Origin: Parasitella parasitica NRRL 2501
Taxonomy: Eukaryota > Fungi > Mucoromycota
DNA length: 64,000 nt
Direction: 5' to 3'
NCBI GenBank assembly: GCA_025201805.1
Contig: MU619241.1
Span: forward strand, 155,783-219,782
The notes under the pieces are model-generated. The model saw only the letters and a list, made by a program, of their open reading frames with translations, searched no databases and was not told where the DNA came from. Positions 53,549-64,000 of this stretch are shown here, one piece after another. A program made the translations under genes and the position numbers. Numbering within the stretch: position 1 is the first letter of the stretch; each line of letters opens with the position of its first letter.

Positions 53549-55195
53549 CACCTTTTCTCAAAATGATGTCGCACAATAAAAATTTAAGTTGTCGCACTTT
53601 TTTGAAAAAAGATGACGTATTTCCGAGAAAAAAAGTGTCGCACTTTCAAGAAAAAATATGTCGCACTTTTCAGAAAAAAGATGTCGCATTTTTAGGGGAA
53701 AAAGATGTCGCCTAAATTTCAGTACTTTTTTTTCTTGAAGTACATTTACAATGAGCTATTCATTTTATTTTGAGGATGGACAAGGAAATGTCATGGATGA
53801 GGATGGAAATGACCCAATGGATATCACTGGGAATGATGATCCGTACAAGTTAGAGGAACTTGCATCCTATAGCGCTTATATCGAGGCTAGAGAGAAAGGG
53901 ATGATGGAAGTTGATCAGGATTCAACCTTTTTGGAACACAAAGCTACCAAAAATAAAAAAACTGATTCCAAAGAGGCAAAAAATAACATTATCAAGAACA
54001 AACGAGTCAGTAATGAAGTTAAGGCACATGCCGTTCACTTGGTTGATATACACCCAAAGAATAGCGCTAGAGCAGTCGCTCTGGATTTGGGCTTAGAACC
54101 AAGAAGTTTACAACGGTGGTATAGTATCTGGAAGAAAGACCCAGACTCTTTGTTCAAAATTATTGGCCGACCAAGAATTATTGAAGCAGAAGGTGAATTG
54201 GCAGAAGCAACGAGGAACGCTGTTACAGAGTTTTATTACAAGCAGCCAACCGCCACAGCTGACCAGCTACTTGATCGATTGACTAGTACTTTTGAGGGTT
54301 TATCGCTTTCGAAACCCACACTGTATCGTTATTTGAATGATCTTTGGATTTNNNNNNNNNNNNNNNNNNNNNNNNNNNNNNNNNNNNNNNNNNNNNNNNN
54401 NNNNNNNNNNNNNNNNNNNNNNNNNNNNNNNNNNNNNNNNNNNNNNNNNNNNNNNNNNNNNNNNNNNNNNNNNNNNNNNNNNNNNNNNNNNNNNNNNNNN
54501 NNNNNNNNNNNNNNNNNNNNNNNNNNNNNNNNNNNNNNNNNNNNNNNNNNNNNNNNNNNNNNNNNNNNNNNNNNNNNNNNNNNNNNNNNNNNNNNNNNNN
54601 NNNNNNNNNNNNNNNNNNNNNNNNNNNNNNNNNNNNNNNNNNNNNNNNNNNNNNNNNNNNNNNNNNNNNNNNNNNNATTGATGATATTCTCGAAGAGATG
54701 GATAAATATCCTGAAATGAAGGGCCACTACTTGTTGATGGACAATGCTCCCATCCACACATCTAAGTTGATTAGAGTTGCTATTGAGTCTCGTGGGTATA
54801 AATGTATCTATTTACCACCCTACTCTCCTGAGCTAAATCCAATCGAACAATTTTGGTCAGTTGTCAAGAGTGGTGTTAAAAGGGAGTTTATTCTCAAGAA
54901 AGACACGCTTCCTGCTAAGATTGGCGATGCTTGCAACGGTGTATTGCCATCATCCTTCGAAGGCTTCGCTCGTTATTCTGTGAGACGTTTTGATGACTGT
55001 TTGAATTGTCTTCCTATTTAATAAAAATGCGATGCGCCATCTTTTTCCCTGAAAATGCGACATCTTTTTTCTGAAAAGTGCGACATATTTTTTCTTGAAA
55101 GTGCGACACTTTTTTTCTCGGAAATACGTCATCTTTTTTCAAAAAAGTGCGACAACTTAAATTTTTATTGTGCGACATCATTTTGAGAAAAGGTG
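53549..55195 (+). mobile_element. Tc1/mariner-superfamily (IS630-like, DD34E) transposon with ~165-bp TIRs and TA target-site duplication
   Basis: TA|CACCTTTTCTCAAAATG...CATTTTGAGAAAAGGTG|TA. TIRs are identical over ~144 bp and contain GATGTCGCAC subrepeats. Confidence 0.96.
53751..55021 (+). CDS. DD34E transposase (middle hidden by an N gap)
   Basis: HTH region (SARAVALDLGLEPRSLQRW, GRPR, SKPTLYRYL); MDNAPIH...LPPYSPELNPIEQFW with 34 residues between D and E. Confidence 0.9.
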
Positions 55196-55269
55196 TATGT
55201 ACAAATTTTAGATCTAAACACTTGCAAAACACTTTTTTTTATTTCATCTATTTACTTGATCATATTAGT

Positions 55270-57924
55270 TTACAGTACATGTAAAGCACATGCGATCAAT
55301 TGATTTCCACGAGATCCAAGAGCATCTACTGAAATTGCAGTGATTGTCGGAACAGTTTTTGAATACTTGCGGATTTCTGTATTTAATAAATTTCTGCAGG
55401 CTAGGCTTGTCATGCTTAAACTATCGCAGTAAAATGCTCTAACGGAGAGAACATGTTCCCACTTCTTTTTCGCTTGGATCAATGCCTCATTCATGCTTGA
55501 TACAAATCTTTCCAGGCTGGGATCGTCTAATATTATATGCATAATACAAACATGAGTTTCGGCTCACATCCTCATGTGAAGAGAGTTACCTGATGATGAT
55601 TGTGCAACAATGCTGGTAACATTGCTCTTGCAAAAAACTTTGCACGACATCTCATCAATTTTACTAGTTTCTAGATTTCTTCCTGTAAATATTTCTCAAT
55701 GCTTTACAACTTTTACAGTACTAACCAAAGCAACCCTCTCTTACTTGCAACGCTCTCATCCGTCTGATGGTGGCTTCGTCTTCTTCTTCAGAGGTATCCT
55801 CATATTCTTGTTCATAAGGTATTGGTAGAGGTGTATCTAGCATTACTTGCCATTCTACCATGGCACCTCGAGGGAGAGATGGAATAGCGATATATAACGT
55901 TGGAGGAGGTGCGCTGTCCATGTAAGTATCCCAAGCAGCTTGCGCCAAGGGTAACGAGCTGGGATCACTAACATAGCAATGGCACAGAGCCACATGCGAT
56001 TTTAAAGGTAAATTCAACGCTGAAACAACTTTTTCCAAGTTGCGTAAAGATAAGGCTGCTTCTTGGGCAAATGATTTAGGAGATGGGAGTTCTAACGTAT
56101 TCGGTATAAGACCAATTTGGCCTGCGATAAATGCTTGCCCTTGATTCTACACATGAAAGAAAGGGCAATCAGTAGCGTAAGCACAATCGAATAGCAAACG
56201 CATCTTACAACAACGCTTTGCGAATAAGGTCCAATGTTGGCAGGAGCCCAGTAGGATATACCTTGGACATGCATCGTATCTCTCTTGACATTTTTGATAG
56301 CTTTAATTGCTGTGAGGTCAATTTGCAGATTGGCTTGACCTTTCAAATTAGCTCCAACCAGTGCTCTGTAAAAATAGTATTAGAGTATAGCTTGCAATTG
56401 ACGTCTTTTTCATACCTTGGAGAGGGATTGATATCGAAAAATGTTTTATATATTGCATTAATACGGCCAAAATCATCCATATTAGTGACAAATACATTCA
56501 TAGTAACTACGTCCTCCCATTTCAGGTTCTTCTCAAAAAGTTTGCTCTGCACAGCTTCCATGCACGCTTGAGTTTCTTCTTCGATGCTTTCGAAACGTTT
56601 AGTACTATCCAGATCATATGCGGTTGTTCCACTAATAGCAAAAAAAGGAGTAAGATCATTTACTGCCGGTTGCTCTGTCGTGCTGGGAGACGATTCCATA
56701 TATGATGCCATCTTTGGCGTTGCTAAAGGCGTCTTTTCCGCATTCTCTACTGCCACAACAATATCATCATAAGACTCCCAATCTTTCCAGCTTTGAATCA
56801 CTACATGGCTCATATCTTTTTCTTCAGCGGTTTTATCTACAAGTGTGCATTTTTTGAACTTTAAATAGGCAACTGAAGCAAGTAAATCATCACGATCCAC
56901 GATCGTCTCTGTTTCCTCACTATCAGACCACATTAGTATCGAGTACAGAGTCTCCACAATATGGCCATCTTACACTACAATCCTCTTTTTGAACAATGGA
57001 CAATCAATAGTGAACGTTTCGTATTCTCCTCCTTCACCACAAATGTGCACGTCGTACATGTCATTCTAATTTTTACCATTAAACACATTTCTCTTGCGAG
57101 GGAGGTTATATTTACCAATTCACATAAATGGGGGTACATTTGCCCGATGGATTTCCCAAGATGAGCTGGCTTAAGCCCAAATGCTGCAATTTTGATCAGA
57201 ATAGCATTTATGCCTGCATTTACCATTTCATAAAGTAGCTCCTTTTGGTCTCTTCTCCATAAATATGCAATTGAAGTCAAACCTAATCGAGCACACCTAA
57301 AATGAAAGCATGACTAAGGGGATCTCCCTCTTTTGGTAGTATACTACCTACACATGCTCTACTCGAATTCTTTGGTAATTGGATAGAATGGCACCTACAG
57401 AGACCCCCTTGATATCAGGATGGTCTTTCTATACATCAATCAGTGTGGCTGTTCAGTTCCCCTCGCTCTCCTCCCTTACCAAAACATCTTTCAATAGCAT
57501 AAACAAATCTTCAGTTTCATCGTTGGCTGTTACTGTATAATAATAATCTAAAAGAACAGAACTGCCGATGATTTCTCGTCTGTATAGTGGCACTTGCATG
57601 CATTCAGAGTAGAAATGAATAGCATCATGGCCTACCGTTTGATACATATAACTATCCAATTCATCTATTAAATGTTAAAACAAAAATCCCCCTTAAATAC
57701 GATATTATATGGAATCTCCTCACCTTTTCCTGATTCGATTGGAGGCTTCAAGTTGGCAATGGCAGCAATCTCATGACCATTGGCGACACACTGCATCATG
57801 TTATAACAACTATCTTTGCCACCACTTTTTTTTTAAAAAAAAAAAAAAACTTTGAATACGATAATCGAGTTCATTCAAATATCCAAATATCAAGAGTCTA
57901 CCTTACTAAAGCAACAATCTTCAT
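55270..57924 (-). CDS. DPH6: Diphthine-ammonia ligase with C-terminal RidA/YjgF domains
   Basis: [73 protein letters not shown]. Confidence 0.95.
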
Positions 57925-58407
57925 AACTGTCAAAATAGAGAGAGAGAGCTTTCGTTGATTGATAAATGCAAGAGAAAAAAAGTTTTGCAAGAAGTTTAAT
58001 GCCCATCTTTGGAGGCTTGGCCAATCACTGTTTACAAGAAGCTCACCTATTTTGGATCGAAAATAAGAATGGACTGTAACAGGCGTTTGCTTTCCAACTA
58101 AATAATTTTGTAGCATGAATATTGCAAATTAGCTTTTAAAAAAGGCCACGATGAACATTTTACCCACTTTAAGCACTTCAAAGCATAGCAAACTGTCCCC
58201 TCGATTTCATAGCTTTAAATGCAATGCCCAACCTAAGCAAGTTGATTATGGAATTTCATACTAAAATGTTGCCTACATTCAATAGAGTGTTCTACAAAAT
58301 GAATAATTTTATTTTAAAACAAAGGTAAAGTCGGGTTGATAGTTGGTTGTTGATATTGTTAATGTTGATGTAAGTACAATAGTGAAAAAAAGGGGTGTAT
58401 ATTAAAT

Positions 58408-60208
58408 TTAGTCATCCTCATCCCAATGGCCATCCTTCTTGAGTGGTTTAGGGCCACCGGCAGGCTTAGACATGATGATTTGATCAACTCGGAGAACAGT
58501 TATCGCTGCATCGGCGGCCAGTTTATAAGCGCTGTATTTGGAAGCAAGAGAGTCAAAAATGTTTGCCTTGGAAGCATCCAAAGTGCCATCATTTTCATTT
58601 TCGACATCAACGCCAATAGATAAACCAGCATCGCCCTCTTGATAATGAGCAGCATACAAACGAGACAATACTGCGGTTGCATCCATACCAGCATTCTCAC
58701 ACAGAGTACGAGGAACAACTTCTAATGCTTCAGCAAACTTTTTGATGGCATGTTGGTTCAAACCAGGAGTCTTGGCAGCAACAAGTTGAAGACGTTTATT
58801 CAACTCCATCTCAATAGCACCAGCACCGGCCAAAAGGAGAGGGTTACGAGTAGCAGCCTTGATCATATTGACACCATCATCTACAGCACGCTCGATGTCA
58901 TCCATGTGGTTTTGTGTAGCACCACGGATGACAATAGTGGTTGTACGTGATTTGTCTGACTCTTCTTGACGGAAAACAGTGACACGATCAGAGCCGATTT
59001 CAACTGTCTCGACAATATCACATTGACCCATCTCCTCAGCCATAGGTGTGCCTAAACGAGCAAGCGCAGTAGCGCCAATAACACGACAAAGACGACGCAA
59101 ATCAAACTTGGAAAGAACCTTGACAGCCATAATGTTGTATCTATTCAAATAATGAAGAGCAAGCTCGCCAATACCATTGCCAGTGACGACAACCTTGACG
59201 CCTGCTTCAGCTAAATCTTCAAAGATCTTTTCGACTTGCTTTTCCTCATCTTTGCTAAAGTTCAACATTTCTTTGGCATTGTGTATCAAGACAGTACCCT
59301 TGGTTTCCGTTTGCGAAATGTCTAAAGGACAAGTGAAAACAGCAACCTTGGCGTTGGTAGCATTTTGGATAAGACCTTCAGGCTCACGACCAAACACCAT
59401 ACCACGGACAACACGAGATTCATGAATGCTGGAACCCATTACCTTTACAACACGGACATTATCAACATTGAAATCTTTGGGGTTCTTGGGCATAATGTTC
59501 AAAGCTGCTTCAACAACTAAATCTCCCAAATATTCCTCATAACCATATTGCTTTGAGGAAATGGTGGCCTTGATAGTCTTTAAAAGCTGATCGCGATCTG
59601 TTAAAGATTCAATCTTACTGACAGATAATTCTAATAGAATTCTGTGAGTACAGGCACGTTTTTGCAGTGTTAAAACATACCTTCAATGATGGATAAAGCA
59701 CGGTCTCTGGCCAACTCATAGCCTTGAACAATTTCAGAGGGATGGAGACCGAGTTTCAGGAGATCAGCAGCCTTTTGCAAAAGCTCGCCAGCAAATACAA
59801 TAACCAAGTTGGTGTTGTCGCCCAACTCACTTTCTTGTTGCTGTGATGCCATGACCATTAACTTGGCAGCAGGATGAACGACATCTAGTTCACGGATTAT
59901 AGTAGCAGCGTCGTTTGTTACAAACAATTTCTCGAGATGATTGATAATCATCTTATTACGGCCTGATAATTAAGGTTAGCCATCTGGTATATAACATGAG
60001 CTTGCTCTTACCATTGGGGCCCATGGAAGTTCTAACAACTTCAGAGAGTTCGTGAGTGGCATCGATATTACGAAGAACAGCCTCGTCGACACCTTGTTGG
60101 AACTAGAGACATGTCAGTAAACAGGTTATAACAATTTCGCACCCAAAATACCTTGTAACCATCCTTGAAGAGTTGGGGAAGAGTGCTTTTAGGTACACGC
60201 AAGGCCAT
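58408..60208 (-). CDS. CCT8: T-complex protein 1 subunit theta (3 introns)
   Basis: TSMGPNGRNKMIINHLEKLFVTNDAATI, FNVDNVRV, DDIERAVDDG, DQIIMSKPAGGPK. Confidence 0.97.
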
Positions 60209-60325
60209 ATTGATCTGATTAAACGCGTTTAAAAGAGTTGAAAAAATACAATCAAAAATTTATTCCAGGAGTTTCTTTTTTAAACCTGTCAAGAGGGAGG
60301 GAATAGCTAGTCCGATGCCATGCTC

Positions 60326-60421
60326 GACGTCATGCTTGTATTGTACAGTACAATACACTCATCCAGGTACAGGAACCAGGACATACTATAGTAATCCTCT
60401 TCCCAATCGTTGACTGATTGG
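60326..60421. promoter_or_regulatory. Candidate CCT8 upstream elements: CRE-like GACGTCA, a 21-bp palindrome and two CCAAT boxes
   Basis: gacgtca (60326), tgtattgtac-a-gtacaataca (60337-60357), ccaat and attgg near 60403-60421. Confidence 0.35.
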
Positions 60422-61114
60422 CCCACGCACTTGCATACATTTAAATCTCTCTTCTTTGTTTATGAAAATATAATGCTTGAATCATCGCTCACCAATGTTT
60501 AAAATAGTGATGTTAAATTACTAACAATGCACTGTTTGGTGAAAGGTTGCATCCTGAAAGTTGCATAAAACAGAAAGCCATATAATAGTATTGTCAAATG
60601 GCTAACAAAGATGACGTTTGTATCGATGCCCATCAAACGATTGGAAATTTAAATAGACGGACCCTGCCCAGAAAAGAGATTCTTTGATCATTGATTGATG
60701 ATCAGAGAACTATTTGCATCAAGTATATTTCCCATGCTGTACAGCCAAGACATGAAAATATGTGTTATGAGAAAAGGTGATTTGAGTAGACTACAATTGT
60801 CGACAAGTTCTCTTTCATTTCAGAAATTACATATGCGAAAGTGGCATACGATAACCATGGTGAAAACTTGAAATTGGTTCGCATTTTGCTTGGTGTATAG
60901 ACCTCACAAAAAAAAAGCTGCATCACATTTGGCCATCTTTTTTTTTTAGTAAATCAATAATGAATAAGCATCACTATTACTCTAATCAATGATAAATATG
61001 ACAAATAGGTTTTATGTTTTAATTTGTTTTATTCGTAGTTCTATTCATCCGGGGGAAAAGGTACACTGAAGAAATACTTACAGAAGACAACACCATAAAA
61101 AATTAAAGAATACA

Positions 61115-61157
61115 ACACATACGCACACACACACACACGCACACACACACACACACA
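61115..61157. repeat. (CA)n microsatellite
   Basis: Interrupted CA repeat. Confidence 0.9.
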
Positions 61158-62612
61158 AGACCACTGAAAACACACGACAATTGAAAACATTAAATAACAC
61201 AAACCCAAGAAGACGAGAAGACGAGAAGCTTAGGAGTGCCTTTAAAAACCCCCGGGAAGAAGAATAACACCAAAACTTGACTACGCATGAGAGAGAGAGA
61301 ACCATCTACGGTGAAATACTGCTGTTAGTATCAAATATCAAAATAAAAATGTGATTATACTTACGAGAATCTAGAAAATGAAAAGAAAAGGTTGTTTTTT
61401 TTTAGCAGATGAGTAAAAGGAATCCTCCTTTATACTTTTATCTCTAGGTCTAGGCTATCAATCCTGATCAGTTTGAAAAAAAGTGAGGCGTAAAAAATGG
61501 TTTACTGGATTTTCGCAAGATATTCCAGTCTGCTTGTGATGCGATTAACACCATTAAATTCCTTGAAAAATTTACTACAATCTGATGGGTAGCNNNNNNN
61601 NNNNNNNNNNNNNNNNNNNNNNNNNNNNNNNNNNNNNNNNNNNNNNNNNNNNNNNNNNNNNNNNNNNNNNNNNNNNNNNNNNNNNNNNNNNNNNNNNNNN
61701 NNNNNNNNNNNNNNNNNNNNNNNNNNNNNNNNNNNNNNNNNNNNNNNNNNNNNNNNNNNNNNNNNNNNNNNNNNNNNNNNNNNNNNNNNNNNNNNNNNNN
61801 NNNNNNNNNNNNNNNNNNNNNNNNNNNNNNNNNNNNNNNNNNNNNNNNNNNNNNNNNNNNNNNNNNNNNNNNNNNNNNNNNNNNNNNNNNNNNNNNNNNN
61901 NNNNNNNNNNNNNNNNNNNNNNNNNNNNNNNNNNNNNNNNNNNNNNNNNNNNNNNNNNNNNNNNNNNNNNNNNNNNNNNNNNNNNNNNNNNNNNNNNNNN
62001 NNNNNNNNNNNNNNNNNNNNNNNNNNNNNNNNNNNNNNNNNNNNNNNNNNNNNNNNNNNNNNNNNNNNNNNNNNNNNNNNNNNNNNNNNNNNNNNNNNNN
62101 NNNNNNNNNNNNNNNNNNNNNNNNNNNNNNNNNNNNNNNNNNNNNNNNNNNNNTTTCCTTTGTAACACAGTTTCAATAATCCTGTTTATGGAAAATGTAA
62201 AGATGCTTCTCAAGTAAAACTAAAGCAAGTACACCCAAGGCAAGTACACCCAAGCCAAGTAAACGATGAATTACATACTCTTTATGTATAAAAGTAAACA
62301 AATAGAGGTAGTGCAAAAAAAAAAAAAAAAAAAAAGTATTGGGAACCAAGGTTAGTATTGCCAGTTTTACATTATAGTACCGTTTTACATAAACCAGTTT
62401 AAAGTAGTGTGTCACGTATGTTTGCATGAATTAACTGAATACTTGGTTTTCAATATGCATGAAACACTAAAAGGCATGTAGCTAAATCAATCCAAGGTAA
62501 TTTTTTTTTTATGTTCATGTTTTTTTCATGTTTATGTTCATGTGGATAAAAGTGAGTATTGTACAATTTATTCATGCGAAATAGAAAAATTCTAATGTGT
62601 CTATATTTTGAT

Positions 62613-62852
62613 TCAAGAGGAAGCTTGGGCTGCAGCTTGAGCACCAGCAAAAGAATCCATAATGTGAGCAAAAAAAGCAGCCATACCGTTGATATCCTTG
62701 CGCCAATCACGACCTAACTCGCAAGCAACATCATACCAGTTCATGTGTTGAACTCTTTCTTTTTGCATTTTCAAACAAAAATGTCTTGGGGAAAACATTG
62801 CGAGATTAGTGGCAACAAGGCACAAAAGTAACGCTGAAACCATTGCCAATAC
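62613..62852 (-). CDS. Probable terminal exon of an unknown protein
   Basis: TTTTTCAG acceptor followed by an open frame ending QHMNWYDVACELGRDWRKD...AQASS*; upstream exons not resolved. Confidence 0.3.
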   Translation of the reverse strand, partial: VLAMVSALLLCLVATNLAMFSPRHFCLKMQKERVQHMNWYDVACELGRDWRKDINGMAAFFAHIMDSFAGAQAAAQASS

Positions 62853-64000
62853 CTGAAAAATCTGTATCAGTCTCCTGAATGGATAATAAGTATGAGTATG
62901 TCATAACTGTTGAAACCTCATAAGAAAAAGGCCAAATAAATCTGGCAAATTTTGATCAAGCCTAACCATTTAAAAAGATTTGGACGCAAAATCTTGATAT
63001 CAGGAAGCATGAGACTTTAATAACTACTTTTAAGAAAGACAACCAAAATGGCGGGGATGCTAAAGTTTTAATATCCTTAAAAAATCCGTAGCATTGATCA
63101 GGTTAGTAGATACATATATATATATGGGTAATAAAAACTTGGTACATTTGGCAATTGTGTGTTGAGCTCGCACACTGCATATTTCAGTACTCACTTCTTT
63201 GGACGTGTGGCTATATTAAGCATGGGTTTTTGTGAGCAATATTCGATCGTTTGTCAGACTCAAACCCTATGTTGAATGTGTGGCCAGTAATTCTAACATT
63301 TCATACATTTGCATAGCTAATAAGCGATTTGACAAAATGATTCTGGCCCTCCTCTCACATGTTTTGACAAAATAGACTAGAGACTTACATAACGTTCCTT
63401 GAAAAAAATAAAAAAAAGGTAGCAGTATATTCTAATCGCTGACACATAGAGGCAGTAAGTAGAAACCATCACTGTTCGAGCTTTTGCGCCGATCGAGGGG
63501 TTGGACCTTTTCCATGAGGCGACGATCCGGGGCTTCCTTTCATGCTCATCTATCAAAGGTTGATTTATTACTGCTAATTTTTAAAGTTAAGCATGCACTA
63601 CAGCTATGGGATCAAACTTTATCTCATATTCAGTTAACCGGAGAAGCCTATTTATGGCGAGGTTGCAGAAATCAAGGAAATTCAAGAAGTGGCCTCCTTC
63701 TCCCGCCTTGGACCTTCGGTAAATATTCTTGATAAAAAACAAAAAAAAAGGAGAAATGACCAAAAAATCATGCCACTTTTTTTCATATCCTGTCCCATGC
63801 TTTGTATTAAAAGAACAAGGGATTGCTTCTAAATGCATGAAGGATTGCTAGAAAAAAAATCCCTTGCTTTCATTTTATATGAGGGGCAAGTCGGCTAAGG
63901 GGAGATATTTTGGTAACAACTCACGTCCTTTTTTCGTGTAAATTGCTGGAAGCCTATGATTTTTAGCACAGATACTATCTTAAATTTTAAAGTAAACAAC

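Noticed and set aside
54300-54761. Minus-strand ORFs spanning the N run
   Set aside because: Artefacts of the assembly gap.
61502-62217. 200+ aa ORFs
   Set aside because: Almost entirely N.
63484-63900. Possible retroelement fragment at the window end
   Set aside because: No diagnostic motif could be identified.

Overview
Eukaryotic, gene-dense fungal DNA with short (~50-80 nt) introns. Gene content, intron style and transposon families suggest a Mucorales (Mucor-like) genome; this is an inference. The first ~4.5 kb is transposon debris: a Tc1/IS630 relic with 19-bp subterminal repeats, a 201-bp tandem array and a broken Mutator (MULE) transposase. About 25 mostly conserved genes follow: PPase, CCDC25/Jlp2, RRP17, an Aven-like protein, PFK-2/FBPase-2, a BCKDK/PDK-family kinase, a 7-TM protein, EAF3, an M28 peptidase, MRPL19, a fucosyltransferase-fold GT, a BAHD acyltransferase, IAH1, SET1, CLP1, PCID2, RSP5, TOA2, ADE2, SVP26, DPH6 and CCT8. 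The window also holds a thiolase pseudogene, one tRNA-Leu(TAA) and a young DD34E Tc1-like transposon with long TIRs. The best leads are a probable fungal homologue of the animal protein Aven, and a tightly linked esterase/acyltransferase pair whose esterase catalytic Ser lies on a 15-nt in-frame microexon. Exon boundaries were read by eye and family assignments come from remembered motifs, not database searches. N gaps lie at 9374-9383, 54352-54676 and 61594-62153.
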